A program made the translations under genes and the position numbers. 64,000 bases of DNA from Candidatus Bathyarchaeota archaeon (GTDB lineage Archaea > Thermoproteota > Bathyarchaeia > Bathyarchaeales > Bathycorpusculaceae): assembly GCA_963833575.1 (NCBI GenBank), contig CAWHXY010000004.1:96001-160000 (forward strand). Reading direction: 5' to 3'. Positions 47,969-57,718 of this stretch are shown piece after piece (position 1 is the stretch's first letter; each line of letters opens with the position of its first letter). The notes beneath the pieces are model-generated. The model had not been told where the DNA came from, searched no databases, and saw nothing but the letters and a program-made list of their open reading frames with translations.

Positions 47969-49258
47969 TTAAGTCTTGGTTTCTTCAGGCGCCTTAAACA
48001 CTGGCAGTGTATAGCTGCCTTGGGGCATTGCCCAAACTCTTGATGCTGAACCGGCAATCTTTAGTGCTTCGGTCATAGCGTCGTTTACTGCTCTTGCAGT
48101 TTTGAATTTGAATATGCTTGTAGCATAATAATCCGGCAAAGAAGACACCAAAATGATTTGGTGATTTTGCAGCGCTTTTAAGAGATAATAAGCCTTGTGA
48201 CCGCCCATGACAAAATTGCGCCTAATCTCGCGCTCAACATTCTTCAAATCGCCTAAACGTGCCATCCAATCATAAAACACTTGGTTCCCATGCCCTTCAG
48301 GACATTCAGCTACTAGAATTATTACGCCTCCGCGTTTGACTGCGTCTACCGCGTTGTCTAAAGCTTTGTAGGCTTGGTAAAGATTAATGTCAGCCGGGTA
48401 GCCACCTGCACTTACAACCAGGATGTCTGACCGACGTTCAACTGTTAAACGGTACATTTCATTAACGAGTTTCACGGCTTCAAGGAAAGCCTCTTCCAAA
48501 TCGCCAGCGAATGCTTTTACGATTTCGCCTTTTTTATTTTGCACAACGTTTACGACGAAATCGACTTTGGCCAATTTCGCTGCTTCAGTCATGTCTTGAT
48601 GGACGGGGTTTTCCTCTAAATTTCCTGTTCGCGCATTAGCATGAAGTAGCATGACGTGATTGTGCTTGATGGTTTCTTCGCCGCAGACCGCTGGCAAAAC
48701 ACTTTTTCTACCGCCGCCATATCCTGCATAATAATGAAATCCAACATCACCTAAAAGTACCCTTACATCTGCCTCAGCGAAAACACGGTTAACAAAAACT
48801 TTGTTGCCATGAGTTTTAGTTGTGCCCAAATATACTAAATCGGTTGCTCTGTAGTCGTGACTGACAGTTTTTACCCGTTTAAGCACTTCTTCACCAAGCA
48901 GTTCAACGGCTTCTTCAGGCTTAACCGACCGGTGTGTTCCACAGCCAAAAATAATCGTGATATTATCGTCTCTTACACCAGCCAAATTAAGCTCGGCAAG
49001 TACTGGCAGAAGCATCATTTCGCTGGGTGTTTTACGGGTGCCATCGTCAACAACTATTGCGACTTTGCTTTCTGGCTTAGCTATTTCACTTAAGCGTTTT
49101 GAACCAATAGGAATAGGATCTTTAAGGGCGCGTTCAACCTCAGCTTTGCCGTCGGGTGCACCTTGGCGTTCAAGAGGCTCGATTGTTCCAAGGAGATTTC
49201 GGGCTGGAACTCTTATGCATACGTCTGTTTTTCCATAGGGAAGCCAAACATCAACCAT
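47969..49258 (-). CDS. larA: Nickel-pincer LarA-family racemase/epimerase
   Basis: DDGTRKTP, GTHR, HYYAGYGGGRKS, YQAYK. Confidence 0.92.
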   Translation of the reverse strand: MVDVWLPYGKTDVCIRVPARNLLGTIEPLERQGAPDGKAEVERALKDPIPIGSKRLSEIAKPESKVAIVVDDGTRKTPSEMMLLPVLAELNLAGVRDDNITIIFGCGTHRSVKPEEAVELLGEEVLKRVKTVSHDYRATDLVYLGTTKTHGNKVFVNRVFAEADVRVLLGDVGFHYYAGYGGGRKSVLPAVCGEETIKHNHVMLLHANARTGNLEENPVHQDMTEAAKLAKVDFVVNVVQNKKGEIVKAFAGDLEEAFLEAVKLVNEMYRLTVERRSDILVVSAGGYPADINLYQAYKALDNAVDAVKRGGVIILVAECPEGHGNQVFYDWMARLGDLKNVEREIRRNFVMGGHKAYYLLKALQNHQIILVSSLPDYYATSIFKFKTARAVNDAMTEALKIAGSASRVWAMPQGSYTLPVFKAPEETKT

Positions 49259-49423
49259 GAGGGGTCACATGCTATTTTACATGTACTCGACGTAAGAAAC
49301 TATTAAGCCTTGTCAAAACAAAGATAAAATTCTCTGCACCATTCATCGTCCACAATACATAAATCCTAATGGGGAGAGGAATAGGCTAATTGCGATAAAT
49401 AAATTGATACAGAAAGGTTGGGT

Positions 49424-50290
49424 TTAAGCAGCTTTTGGTTTAACTTTCTCAACTGCACCGCTTAAACTTGACATTTCAGCATTTGCTTTTCTAATCAAGT
49501 CACCGATTGTTTCTTTGGTTGGAATTGCAGCGCCGACAGCCAATGCAACAGCTTTTTGATGTGCATTCTGTAGAAGCGGTTTGATTGTATCTTTGGTTGG
49601 ATAAGAGATGCCCATTGCTAAAGCGAAAGCTTCTTGGTTGCTTTGTTCAACGCTTCTTCTTGTTGCATCAACGTCTATTTTGAGTTGGTCACCGGTGATC
49701 ATCAAACCATCATCGAAAACCGCTCGCATAGAAATGCCCAACTCAACTGCTTTAATTCCTAGTTTTGAGAGGACACCTGCAAGTTGCTCGTTGATTTCTT
49801 CACCTCTCCGAACTACGAGTGTATCTTTGCTAACCCAGACACTTCCAGACTCAATTCTTGTAGGTAAGCCAACACCGTTTAGCTGGCTGATTATTGGACC
49901 TGGAGCTTGACCAGTGTTGCCGGCAGGAACAATTACGTCCATTGCGGCTTTGTCTCCTGACTTGGCGGTTGTTTTTACTTTGCCCCGTTCTAGCATCAAG
50001 GCTAGTTTGAAGGGGTTGATGTCTGTGAACAAGTAAACGTTTGACCCATCCAAGTATACTTCGAGCTTTTTCAGATTTGCTTGATTCATCTCTTCAATAG
50101 CTAACCGCATCAGAGTATTCTTTAGAACACGCAGGTAAACTTTGCCAGCCATACTCTTCTTCAATTCTTGTAGCTGAGAAGCACGGACCTTCTTCAGGCT
50201 AGCGATGCCAATCGATTTGTGTTCTTTCAGTATTCCCTTTATGGCTTCTACTTCGATTGACTTTTCATCTAATACTTGTTGGGACGGCAT
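49424..50290 (-). CDS. rplP0: Ribosomal protein uL10 (P0)
   Basis: KNTL, PAGNTGQAPGP, KLGIK. Confidence 0.95.
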   Translation of the reverse strand: MPSQQVLDEKSIEVEAIKGILKEHKSIGIASLKKVRASQLQELKKSMAGKVYLRVLKNTLMRLAIEEMNQANLKKLEVYLDGSNVYLFTDINPFKLALMLERGKVKTTAKSGDKAAMDVIVPAGNTGQAPGPIISQLNGVGLPTRIESGSVWVSKDTLVVRRGEEINEQLAGVLSKLGIKAVELGISMRAVFDDGLMITGDQLKIDVDATRRSVEQSNQEAFALAMGISYPTKDTIKPLLQNAHQKAVALAVGAAIPTKETIGDLIRKANAEMSSLSGAVEKVKPKAA

Positions 50291-50306
50291 ATTTCTCTTC
50301 TCTTTG

Positions 50307-50975
50307 TTAAGGTTTAATTTTTATTGGTTCACCCATAGATGTCTTGAGAAAAGCGTACTTTACGTTTTTCAAGCCGCGTTTAAGTTTTCCATCTAAAACA
50401 CGAAGAACTGCCATTGTGTTATCGACAAGTTCTTCATCTTTCATCTGTTGAGTGCCAACTGAAACTTGAATAATCGGTTGATTGCGCATTCTAACAACCA
50501 CGGTTTTACGATGTTTTTTCACCAATGCTGCAATATCTGCGTTAGGAGGAACAGGAATAGGCATTTTTCCTCTTGGACCAAGAACTGGACCAAGTATTCT
50601 ACCTACGAGCGGCATTAGCGGCGCTTCAGAGATGAAAACATCATAGTCGCTGGCAAGCTTGCGCAGTTCTTTCTTTTTGCCATTTAAGGAATCTAGATCT
50701 GCACGTTCAATAACGTGGTCAGCTTGGGCGTTTTTTGCTTTTAACGCAAATTCTCCAGAAGCAATAACACAAACTTTGTTTGGTTTGCCAGTGTCGTGAG
50801 GAAGTTCTACAATCTCTTGGATTTTGCCTTCTGGCGCCTTCATATCGATTTCCATAATATCTAAGATCAAATCTACTGTCTGGTTGAATTTTTTCTCGCC
50901 AGACTTAGTCTTTGCCTGTTTAATTGCTTCTGATATCGTTTTGTTGTCTAGGGGCATTTTTAAGCCTCGTGCCAA
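50307..50975 (-). CDS. rpl1: Ribosomal protein uL1 (start probably ATG 50957)
   Basis: KFNQTVDL, LGPRGKMP, KTSMG. Confidence 0.97.
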   Translation of the reverse strand: MARGLKMPLDNKTISEAIKQAKTKSGEKKFNQTVDLILDIMEIDMKAPEGKIQEIVELPHDTGKPNKVCVIASGEFALKAKNAQADHVIERADLDSLNGKKKELRKLASDYDVFISEAPLMPLVGRILGPVLGPRGKMPIPVPPNADIAALVKKHRKTVVVRMRNQPIIQVSVGTQQMKDEELVDNTMAVLRVLDGKLKRGLKNVKYAFLKTSMGEPIKIKP

Positions 50976-51015
50976 TGAGGGATTGGAAATCGATTATAAA
51001 AGTATTCGCTTGTCA

Positions 51016-51504
51016 TTATTCAGTACCAAATAGCTGTTCGTAGGTGCCAGCGTCAACTTCTTTTTGGACTTCACGGGGATCTTTTCCTTCAACAGTGACG
51101 CCTAAACTAATGCAGGTTCCGAGCATCTCCTTTGTTGCTTTCTTGAGAGTTGGCGATAAAAGTTGAGGTTGCTTAATTTTAGCTATTCTCACCATCTGCT
51201 CCATAGATAGGTTGCCTACTTTAACTGTGTTAGGTGTTCCTGACCCCTTCTCAATTTTCAATTCAGCAACAATAAGTGCTGAAGCGGTTGGTGTGCCAAC
51301 GGAAATTTCGAAGCTTTTATCCTCTGAATCAGCGGTGATTTTTACTGGAACCTTCATTCCAGCATAGTCTTTGGTAAGCTCGTTAATTTTTGTGACGACA
51401 GCCATAACGTTTAGGCCTAACGGACCTAAAGCTGGACCCAATGGTGGACCTGCATTGGCTTGTCCTCCGTTTACGAGCAATTCTACTATTTTTTTCTCTC
51501 CCAT
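51016..51504 (-). CDS. rpl11: Ribosomal protein uL11
   Basis: [16 protein letters not shown]. Confidence 0.98.
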   Translation of the reverse strand: MGEKKIVELLVNGGQANAGPPLGPALGPLGLNVMAVVTKINELTKDYAGMKVPVKITADSEDKSFEISVGTPTASALIVAELKIEKGSGTPNTVKVGNLSMEQMVRIAKIKQPQLLSPTLKKATKEMLGTCISLGVTVEGKDPREVQKEVDAGTYEQLFGTE

Positions 51505-51521
51505 ATTGTTTCACCAGTTTA

Positions 51522-51992
51522 TTATTTTGCTTTCTCTACTAGTTTTACATAGTCTGAATGTACTGTAATTGGCAAAGTGAATGTTGCCTCAAGCAGTTCA
51601 AGCGTAACTTCGCCTTTTGCTTTGTCAAGTCTTGTGATTTTAGCGCGCATGCCTTTGAACGGGCCACCAGTAATTTCGACGACGTCATCTTCGTTGAGGT
51701 CTTCCATAACTGGTTTTCTAACAATGTACCGCTCAATTTCTGCGAAGCTAACGAGCCCAGGTATTCTGGAGCGCACATGCCTTAAACCTGTGATGGCTTC
51801 TTCCACTAGGTGTGGTCCGTCAGCTTCAACGAACACGTACCCTTTTAATGTGTCTGGTACAAGAAGAGCTTTTATTGGAATATGGTTCATGTCAACTTTC
51901 GAGGCAATGAGTCGTGCAACATTGCGTTCTTGGCCTGTGGTTGTTTTGACAACGAAAATTTTTACTTGTCTTTGCTCTTCTTTTTTGTCCAT
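51522..51992 (-). CDS. spt5: Transcription elongation factor Spt5
   Basis: TTTGQE, LKGYVFVEA, KOW motif GPFKG. Confidence 0.97.
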   Translation of the reverse strand: MDKKEEQRQVKIFVVKTTTGQERNVARLIASKVDMNHIPIKALLVPDTLKGYVFVEADGPHLVEEAITGLRHVRSRIPGLVSFAEIERYIVRKPVMEDLNEDDVVEITGGPFKGMRAKITRLDKAKGEVTLELLEATFTLPITVHSDYVKLVEKAK

Positions 51993-52008
51993 AAAATCCA
52001 GCTTCCTT

Positions 52009-52236
52009 CTAAGGTGTTGGAGTTGGTGTTGCTCCGCTTGCCGCGCCCGGGTTTATTGCGTAGGCTAAGAGCTTAATCACGAAACCGATTAAGCCCACGG
52101 CTCCTATGCCTAGGAGGCTGATCTTTATGGATAGCCATAGCTCTTCTCTTCCCGGCTTTACAGCTAGCTTTAATGTTCTTGCTGCTTGTTGTAGCCAAGA
52201 TTTTATTCCCATACTCATCGCACACCAAGATTTCAT
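52009..52236 (-). CDS. secE: SecE/Sec61-gamma (start probably 52218)
   Basis: RTLKLAVKPGREE plus one TM; upstream of spt5. Confidence 0.93.
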   Translation of the reverse strand: MKSWCAMSMGIKSWLQQAARTLKLAVKPGREELWLSIKISLLGIGAVGLIGFVIKLLAYAINPGAASGATPTPTP

Positions 52237-52313
52237 TTATGAATAATAAACGTTACTGTAACTCGGAGTTTAAAAACTACAATTCTTAGGCTTTTAAATC
52301 TTCTTGCTTAATG

Positions 52314-53138
52314 TCAAACTTTCTTGAAAGGCAACTCAACATCTTGAAGAGTAGCAAGCAGTTTTAGCTTGTCCTCGCTTTTGATCCCTTTCCAATCAAG
52401 AATTGCCAATGGAACTTTCTCAAAAGTTTTCTCTATGCACTGGGACAGCATTTCAGCGTCAACCAGATTGACAGCATGCTTGGGTATCATATGACCGAAG
52501 GTAGCTTCACCAACCAAACCCATTAGCGTAAACTTCTGATTATAATGCATTCCACCGATACCTAAAACCGCTGAACCAGCCAGTGAAGAAAAGTTGACGA
52601 TTGCTGACATTGCTGCGTGGGCAACAGCTTCTGCTGCTACAGAATCGCTCCATTGGACTGGGGAACTCCCTAACTCAACAAACATAGCTGGCACGTCTAA
52701 GCTGGGACCATGATGAGTACATTCATAGGATACCTCATAGTTTAGGCCAAATCGTTCTTTGTAGTGCAAGAGTGCTTTTAGGGCATTTTGCATCGCAATC
52801 GCGGGTGAAACTGAAATCACTCCTGGCAACCCACCTAGTTCTGCTTCAGCAAAGTTTCCGGGTGTATGTACTGACAGTGTAGGTTTGCCGCTGGCACTGC
52901 TATGCCTTGAAATGAAAACAATCATTTCTGCTTCAGGAAAGCTTTGTGGCAGATTTTGTGCATTTATAGATTCTTGATTTATAGTTGCAAGGGTTACGTT
53001 TTTGTCATTTAAGTTAGTGTTGTAAATGGGGTTTTGTTGAAAAACTTCTGTGGTATCTATGAAGTGATAATTGTTGAGGATTTGCTGTTTGATGTTTAGG
53101 CTTGCAGTGTCTTTGGTCGATGCTACAATTAGAATCAT
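52314..53138 (-). CDS. dtdA: D-aminoacyl-tRNA deacylase (DTD2)
   Basis: SRHSS, LSVHTPGN, ECTHHGP, FVELGS, GGMHY. Confidence 0.95.
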   Translation of the reverse strand: MILIVASTKDTASLNIKQQILNNYHFIDTTEVFQQNPIYNTNLNDKNVTLATINQESINAQNLPQSFPEAEMIVFISRHSSASGKPTLSVHTPGNFAEAELGGLPGVISVSPAIAMQNALKALLHYKERFGLNYEVSYECTHHGPSLDVPAMFVELGSSPVQWSDSVAAEAVAHAAMSAIVNFSSLAGSAVLGIGGMHYNQKFTLMGLVGEATFGHMIPKHAVNLVDAEMLSQCIEKTFEKVPLAILDWKGIKSEDKLKLLATLQDVELPFKKV

Positions 53139-53196
53139 GTCAAGTCTCTCTTATAGTGTGTTGTTTAGGTGAAAAGGGTTTCCATAAAGCTTATAA

Positions 53197-54141
53197 TTGC
53201 TGGTTCGTCAGCGTATCTGGAAGGCTAGAAAGATGCATCTAATTAATTTCAAAGAATTATCAAGCCAAGAGCTTAATGCGTTGGTTGATTTAGGCATTGA
53301 AGTTAAGCATAACCCCAAAAAATACAGCAAAGCTTTTGAAGGTAAATCATTCGCCTTGGTTTTTCAGAAAACTTCCACACGGACAAGGGTTTCATTTGAA
53401 GTTGCTGCTACGCAGCTTGGTGGTCACGGCTTATTTATTGACTGGCGAACAACCAACTTTACAATGGCAGACATAACCGATGAAGTACAGTATTTGTCAC
53501 GAAATGTTGACTGCATCATGGCCAGATTACTTTACGATACTGATTTGTTGAAGATGGCTAAAGCGTCGCGTGTTCCAATCATAAATGGGTGCGACGAGAA
53601 GTACCATCCAAGCCAAGCCTTAGCCGACTTAATTACCATGAAAGAAAAAAAGGGCGAGCTCAAAGGTGCTAAATTAGTGTACATCGGCGTGCACAACAAT
53701 GTTTGCAACTCGCTAATTGAAGGCTGCACAAAAACGGGAGTCAAAATCACAACTGTGACCCCGATTTTTAATGAAGCTGCACGAGATGAAGACGTACTTA
53801 CCGAAGCCAACAAAACTGGTCTTTGGAAGTCAACTTTAGATGCAAAAAACGCCATTAAAGACGCGGATTTCGTTTATACCGACACCTGGATTGACATGGA
53901 GTTTTTCACTGATCCAAAGTTTGCCCATGAAAAAGAAAAACGTATTAGACTTATGATGCCCTACCAAATAAACGCTGAACTGCTCAAAAGCAACAACGCA
54001 TACGTCATGCATGATATGCCCATCCACCGAGGATACGAAATAAGTGCGGAATCAATTGAGAGCCCAAAATCTGTGATTTATGAACAAGCAGAAAATAGAT
54101 TGTACTCAGCTAAGGCGATAATGCTAAAACTGCTGAAATAG
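53197..54141 (+). CDS. argF: Ornithine carbamoyltransferase (start probably ATG 53233)
   Basis: STRTR, HPSQ, HDMP-x-HRG, QAENR. Confidence 0.93.
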   Translation: MLVRQRIWKARKMHLINFKELSSQELNALVDLGIEVKHNPKKYSKAFEGKSFALVFQKTSTRTRVSFEVAATQLGGHGLFIDWRTTNFTMADITDEVQYLSRNVDCIMARLLYDTDLLKMAKASRVPIINGCDEKYHPSQALADLITMKEKKGELKGAKLVYIGVHNNVCNSLIEGCTKTGVKITTVTPIFNEAARDEDVLTEANKTGLWKSTLDAKNAIKDADFVYTDTWIDMEFFTDPKFAHEKEKRIRLMMPYQINAELLKSNNAYVMHDMPIHRGYEISAESIESPKSVIYEQAENRLYSAKAIMLKLLK

Positions 54142-54216
54142 AAACACCTATTCGGATTGCGGTATTAAGAAAGCGAGAATTCGATTTATGAAAAACTTTT
54201 AGATTTGAGGCTGATT

Positions 54217-54386
54217 TGAAAGAAGAAGAACAACAACAGTTGGTGGGTGCACCGGGTGTTGTTGTTCTCTTGAAAGAAGGAGGAGGACAATCGCAGGGAG
54301 CACCGTGTCCTACTTCTTCTCTGGAGTTAAAAGAAGAAGAAACTTGGCAGGGGCGCAGTTCTTCTTCTTTCACTTATTGGAGTTAA
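54217..54386. repeat. Three tandem stem-loop units of about 55 nt
   Basis: 12-15-bp stems with purine-rich 5' and pyrimidine-rich 3' arms; shared GG(G)-N-GC loop motif. Confidence 0.8.
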
Positions 54387-54501
54387 CTGATGAGCTCACA
54401 GGTTTTGAAAAGTCTTTAAGAATTTGGTGGTAAAAGATCGTCAGAAGGCTGATTCGTTTAATGAAAGCAGTTGATTTAGTGGCCAAACAAATGATTCCAA
54501 A

Positions 54502-55164
54502 ATGGCTTTAACTGATCATGGAAATAGAGGTTGGAAAAGTAGAAGTTTTTCTTCGCATTGGACAAGCTATATCAACCAAAGAACACTTCTAAGCAAAATT
54601 TATTACTTCTCAAGCCTCATACCGTTTATGACGCGTTTTGTAGTTTTCCTTAGGGGAATCAATGTTGGAGGCCACATTGTTAAAAAAGAGAATTTGCAAG
54701 AAGTCTTCATTTCTTCAGGATTTCAAAACGTCGTTACGTACAAGCAAAGCGGCAATGTAATTTTCGAAACCTCGATGGCAAATATTGAAGAAATCAAGAG
54801 CAAACTTGAAGCTAAGTTTCAAAATATGCTCGGTTATAACGTTGCTGTTTTTGTGCGCGCAATCCCGCATTTAAAGAACATAGTCAATCAAGAACCATTC
54901 AAAGGCCAAGAAAGCGAAGGCTCAAGCTTCTTAGTAACATTTCTTCCAACCGCACAAGCCGTTTTCTCTTTGCAATTACCTTTAACTATTCCTAAATCAA
55001 CTGCCAAAATAATCTCAGCTAAGGCTACAGAAATATTCAGCGTGACTCACGGAGGCGGTGAAGGAGCACTACCCAACCCGTTTGTTGAGTCAAAGCTGAA
55101 AGTAAAATCGACTACTCGGAACTTTAACATTATTAGAGAAATCGTTGAAAAGTTTGGCGCTTAA
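54502..55164 (+). CDS. DUF1697-family protein (start probably ATG 54628)
   Basis: FLRGINVGG, TYKQSGNVIF, TTRNFN. Confidence 0.9.
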   Translation: MALTDHGNRGWKSRSFSSHWTSYINQRTLLSKIYYFSSLIPFMTRFVVFLRGINVGGHIVKKENLQEVFISSGFQNVVTYKQSGNVIFETSMANIEEIKSKLEAKFQNMLGYNVAVFVRAIPHLKNIVNQEPFKGQESEGSSFLVTFLPTAQAVFSLQLPLTIPKSTAKIISAKATEIFSVTHGGGEGALPNPFVESKLKVKSTTRNFNIIREIVEKFGA

Positions 55165-55589
55165 ATCTTTCTTTTGTAGCCGCAACTGTAGCATTTGCCA
55201 TCATGCACAGATACTGCATCGCCACAGGTTGGGCAGCTGTACTTTTCGGCTTGGTTTTTCAAGAACTCGTCTATTCCTTTCTCTTTTAGCTCTTTGAGGT
55301 TTTCTATCATACTCATGTCGTATCGTTCGCGGTAGCGTTTGTCTAGGTGGGCTAGGTTCTTGCAAGGGATCTCTTCACATTGTTGGCAGGATTGGATTTG
55401 GTGCTTGGAGAGTTTTTTGCAGCCTCTTATTACGTAGCAGTTTTTGGCTCTGGGAAGGCATCCTGCGCAATAGGTTACTTTACCTCTTACCCGTGGAATT
55501 CCATGTGTGTAAGCTAGGTAGGCTTTGCATATGGCGCAGTTCATTCCACATAGAGCAACCAGTTTCGAAGTGAATATGCCGTTGCTCAT
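55161..55589 (-). CDS. DUF3795 Cys-rich protein
   Basis: CGMNCAIC, CAGC, CQQCEEIPC, CPTCG, CYSCG. Confidence 0.88.
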   Translation of the reverse strand: MSNGIFTSKLVALCGMNCAICKAYLAYTHGIPRVRGKVTYCAGCLPRAKNCYVIRGCKKLSKHQIQSCQQCEEIPCKNLAHLDKRYRERYDMSMIENLKELKEKGIDEFLKNQAEKYSCPTCGDAVSVHDGKCYSCGYKRKI

Positions 55590-55641
55590 AATTTTCTATT
55601 TATCTCTTGTTGTTTAATTGCCTTACGCAAAGTTCAGTTTA

Positions 55642-55821
55642 TTAAACTACGTATTGGATTGGATCATCGGCATATTTTGCTGATTTTAAGGGTCTTATCT
55701 TTGTATGTTCAAAAAGCCATTTAGTTAGTTTTTGGCATTTGTCTGGGTCGCAGGAGAAGTTTCTTGTTGCTGAATCATAATTGTGACAAAGTGTGCAGGG
55801 AATTTCTGATTTGTTGCTCAT
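55642..55821 (-). CDS. 59-aa Cys4 protein (not in ORF track)
   Basis: MSNKSEIPCTLC...FSCDPDKC...LTKWL...PIQYVV*. Confidence 0.65.
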   Translation of the reverse strand: MSNKSEIPCTLCHNYDSATRNFSCDPDKCQKLTKWLFEHTKIRPLKSAKYADDPIQYVV

Positions 55822-55964
55822 ATCGGCTGGTTATGTATGTTCAGAATTGATTTATCCGTTATGAAGCAACAATTAATAGTACTTGTATAGGTTTGAAGCT
55901 TTTTTAACTAAGACTTATAGGGTTTAGTTGGATAATCCAACCTATCCACTAACGAGGCTAGTAA

Positions 55965-56828
55965 TTGGACGAAGCCATAGCAATCCGAAACCTGACAAAG
56001 ACGTACAAAGATGTTAGCGCAGTAAAAGACCTAAATCTCAACGTCAATTCAGGTGAAATCTTTGGTTTTCTCGGACCAAATGGAGCAGGCAAAACTACAA
56101 CCGTACGGGTCCTCACAACCTTAGCCAAACCCTCCTCTGGATCCATTTGGGTTTCTGGCTTCGATGTGGCAAAAGAACCTGATAAAGTCAAGAAAGTCAT
56201 TGGCGTAGTACAGCAGCACTTAACGCTTGACTTAGACTTGAACGTTAGAGAAAATATGGAATTACATGCTAGATTGCACCACATTCCTTCAAATGAACGT
56301 AAGCAGCGAATTGCTGAGCTGCTCGAATATGTAGGCTTAACTAAGCAGAGTGAAAAAATGGTTGAAGAATTATCGGGTGGAATGAAGAAGGCTGCAATGA
56401 TTGCTCGTGCCCTAATTCACAAGCCGAAAGTGCTTTTCCTTGATGAGCCGACTGTGGGTTTGGATGTGCAGGTACGACGTCGAATGTGGGATCTGATTCG
56501 CAGTTTAAGTGGAAACGGTACTACAGTTTTTCTCACAACACATTACATAGAAGAGGCGGAGGCGCTTTGTCAACGCGTGGGTATAGTTCACGAGGGACGT
56601 TTGATTGCGTTGGGAAAGCCTTCAGAATTGCGAAAGACAGTTGGCATGGCAACTGTTGAGATTCTTGTTGATGGCAAGTTTACTCGTTATGAACATTTTC
56701 CTGATCGCGAAGCTGCTACAGACTATGTGCAGAGTCTTTCCTCTGACGCTAAAACCATTATAATTCGCGATTCAAGCCTTGAAGATGTATTCGTTGAACT
56801 AACAGGCAAGAAGGTGGGCGAAGACTGA
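55965..56828 (+). CDS. ABC exporter ATP-binding subunit (DrrA/NodI type)
   Basis: GPNGAGKTT, LSGGM, LDEPT, TTHY. Confidence 0.95.
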   Translation: MDEAIAIRNLTKTYKDVSAVKDLNLNVNSGEIFGFLGPNGAGKTTTVRVLTTLAKPSSGSIWVSGFDVAKEPDKVKKVIGVVQQHLTLDLDLNVRENMELHARLHHIPSNERKQRIAELLEYVGLTKQSEKMVEELSGGMKKAAMIARALIHKPKVLFLDEPTVGLDVQVRRRMWDLIRSLSGNGTTVFLTTHYIEEAEALCQRVGIVHEGRLIALGKPSELRKTVGMATVEILVDGKFTRYEHFPDREAATDYVQSLSSDAKTIIIRDSSLEDVFVELTGKKVGED

Positions 56829-57577
56829 ATCTTGAAATTCTTCGCGACACTTATACAGTCGTGTGGGTTGACCTCAAGTATCTAAGTCGAAACTTGTTAA
56901 AGACAATGGCGTTAACGCTAATCGCTCCAGTGCTCTACCTTGTGGCTTTCGGCTACGGCTTAGGAAGAGGCGCCAACATTGAAGGATTCAGTTACATTGA
57001 ATTCGTTATTCCAGGAATCCTAGCGCTTACAGCTATGACAACAGCGTTTAACACATCAGGCTTGAAGTTACATGTTGACCGATTGTTCTACAAGTGTTTT
57101 GATGAGACTTTGATGTCACCTGTTAGCGCTTTTTCGATAATTATGGGTAAAACTCTGATCGGGGTGCTACGTGGGTTATTAAGTTCAGCAGCTTTACTTT
57201 TAGCTTGTCTTGTTTTTTCGCCTTTACCTGCGGTTAGCTTATTGTTCCTGTTAAGTCTGGTTGTGACCTGTTTTGTATTCTCGTTTCTTGGAGTAACTAT
57301 TGCTTTGATGTCCAAAACTCATCAGGATATGACTTTGTTCATGAGTTTGGTAATTCTCCCAATGGCTTTTCTCAGCGGAACCTTCTTTTCTCTAAGCCAA
57401 GTCCCAGAAGCTTTAAACATAATTATTTCCTTATCGCCGCTGACGCATGCATGCTTATGTCTGCGAGCTTCAGCTCTCGGACAGGTGTTTCCTTGGTTTT
57501 CTTTCTTAATTCTTTCAGGTTTTGGAGTTACTTTTTTTATTTCTTGCTTTGTTGCTCTTAAAAGATCGACCAAATGA
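56825..57577 (+). CDS. ABC-2 permease (track start 56861; probable CTG start at 56825)
   Basis: YIEFVIPGI, LPMAFLSGTFF, SPLTH; about six TMs. Confidence 0.92.
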   Translation: MNLEILRDTYTVVWVDLKYLSRNLLKTMALTLIAPVLYLVAFGYGLGRGANIEGFSYIEFVIPGILALTAMTTAFNTSGLKLHVDRLFYKCFDETLMSPVSAFSIIMGKTLIGVLRGLLSSAALLLACLVFSPLPAVSLLFLLSLVVTCFVFSFLGVTIALMSKTHQDMTLFMSLVILPMAFLSGTFFSLSQVPEALNIIISLSPLTHACLCLRASALGQVFPWFSFLILSGFGVTFFISCFVALKRSTK

Positions 57578-57718
57578 GCAACTTCTTATGAGTTTTCAAT
57601 GAATCTTCACTCACCAGTTAGACGCATGTCAATGTTTTATGATAAGTTATGAACAAATCACAACTGAATTTATATTTAGCTAGGCAACTAACTAAGTAAA
57701 AATTAAAATGGTGAAAAT

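Noticed and set aside
54110-54373. 87-aa minus-strand ORF over the hairpin array
   Set aside because: The low-complexity translation is explained by the GAA/TTC and CAA/TTG stem arms, and it overlaps the argF end
54388-54452. CTGATGAG...GAAA hammerhead-like core, or a C/D-box sRNA (TGATGA...CTGA)
   Set aside because: Stem II does not pair, stems I and III were not found, and no clear internal D'/C' boxes are present
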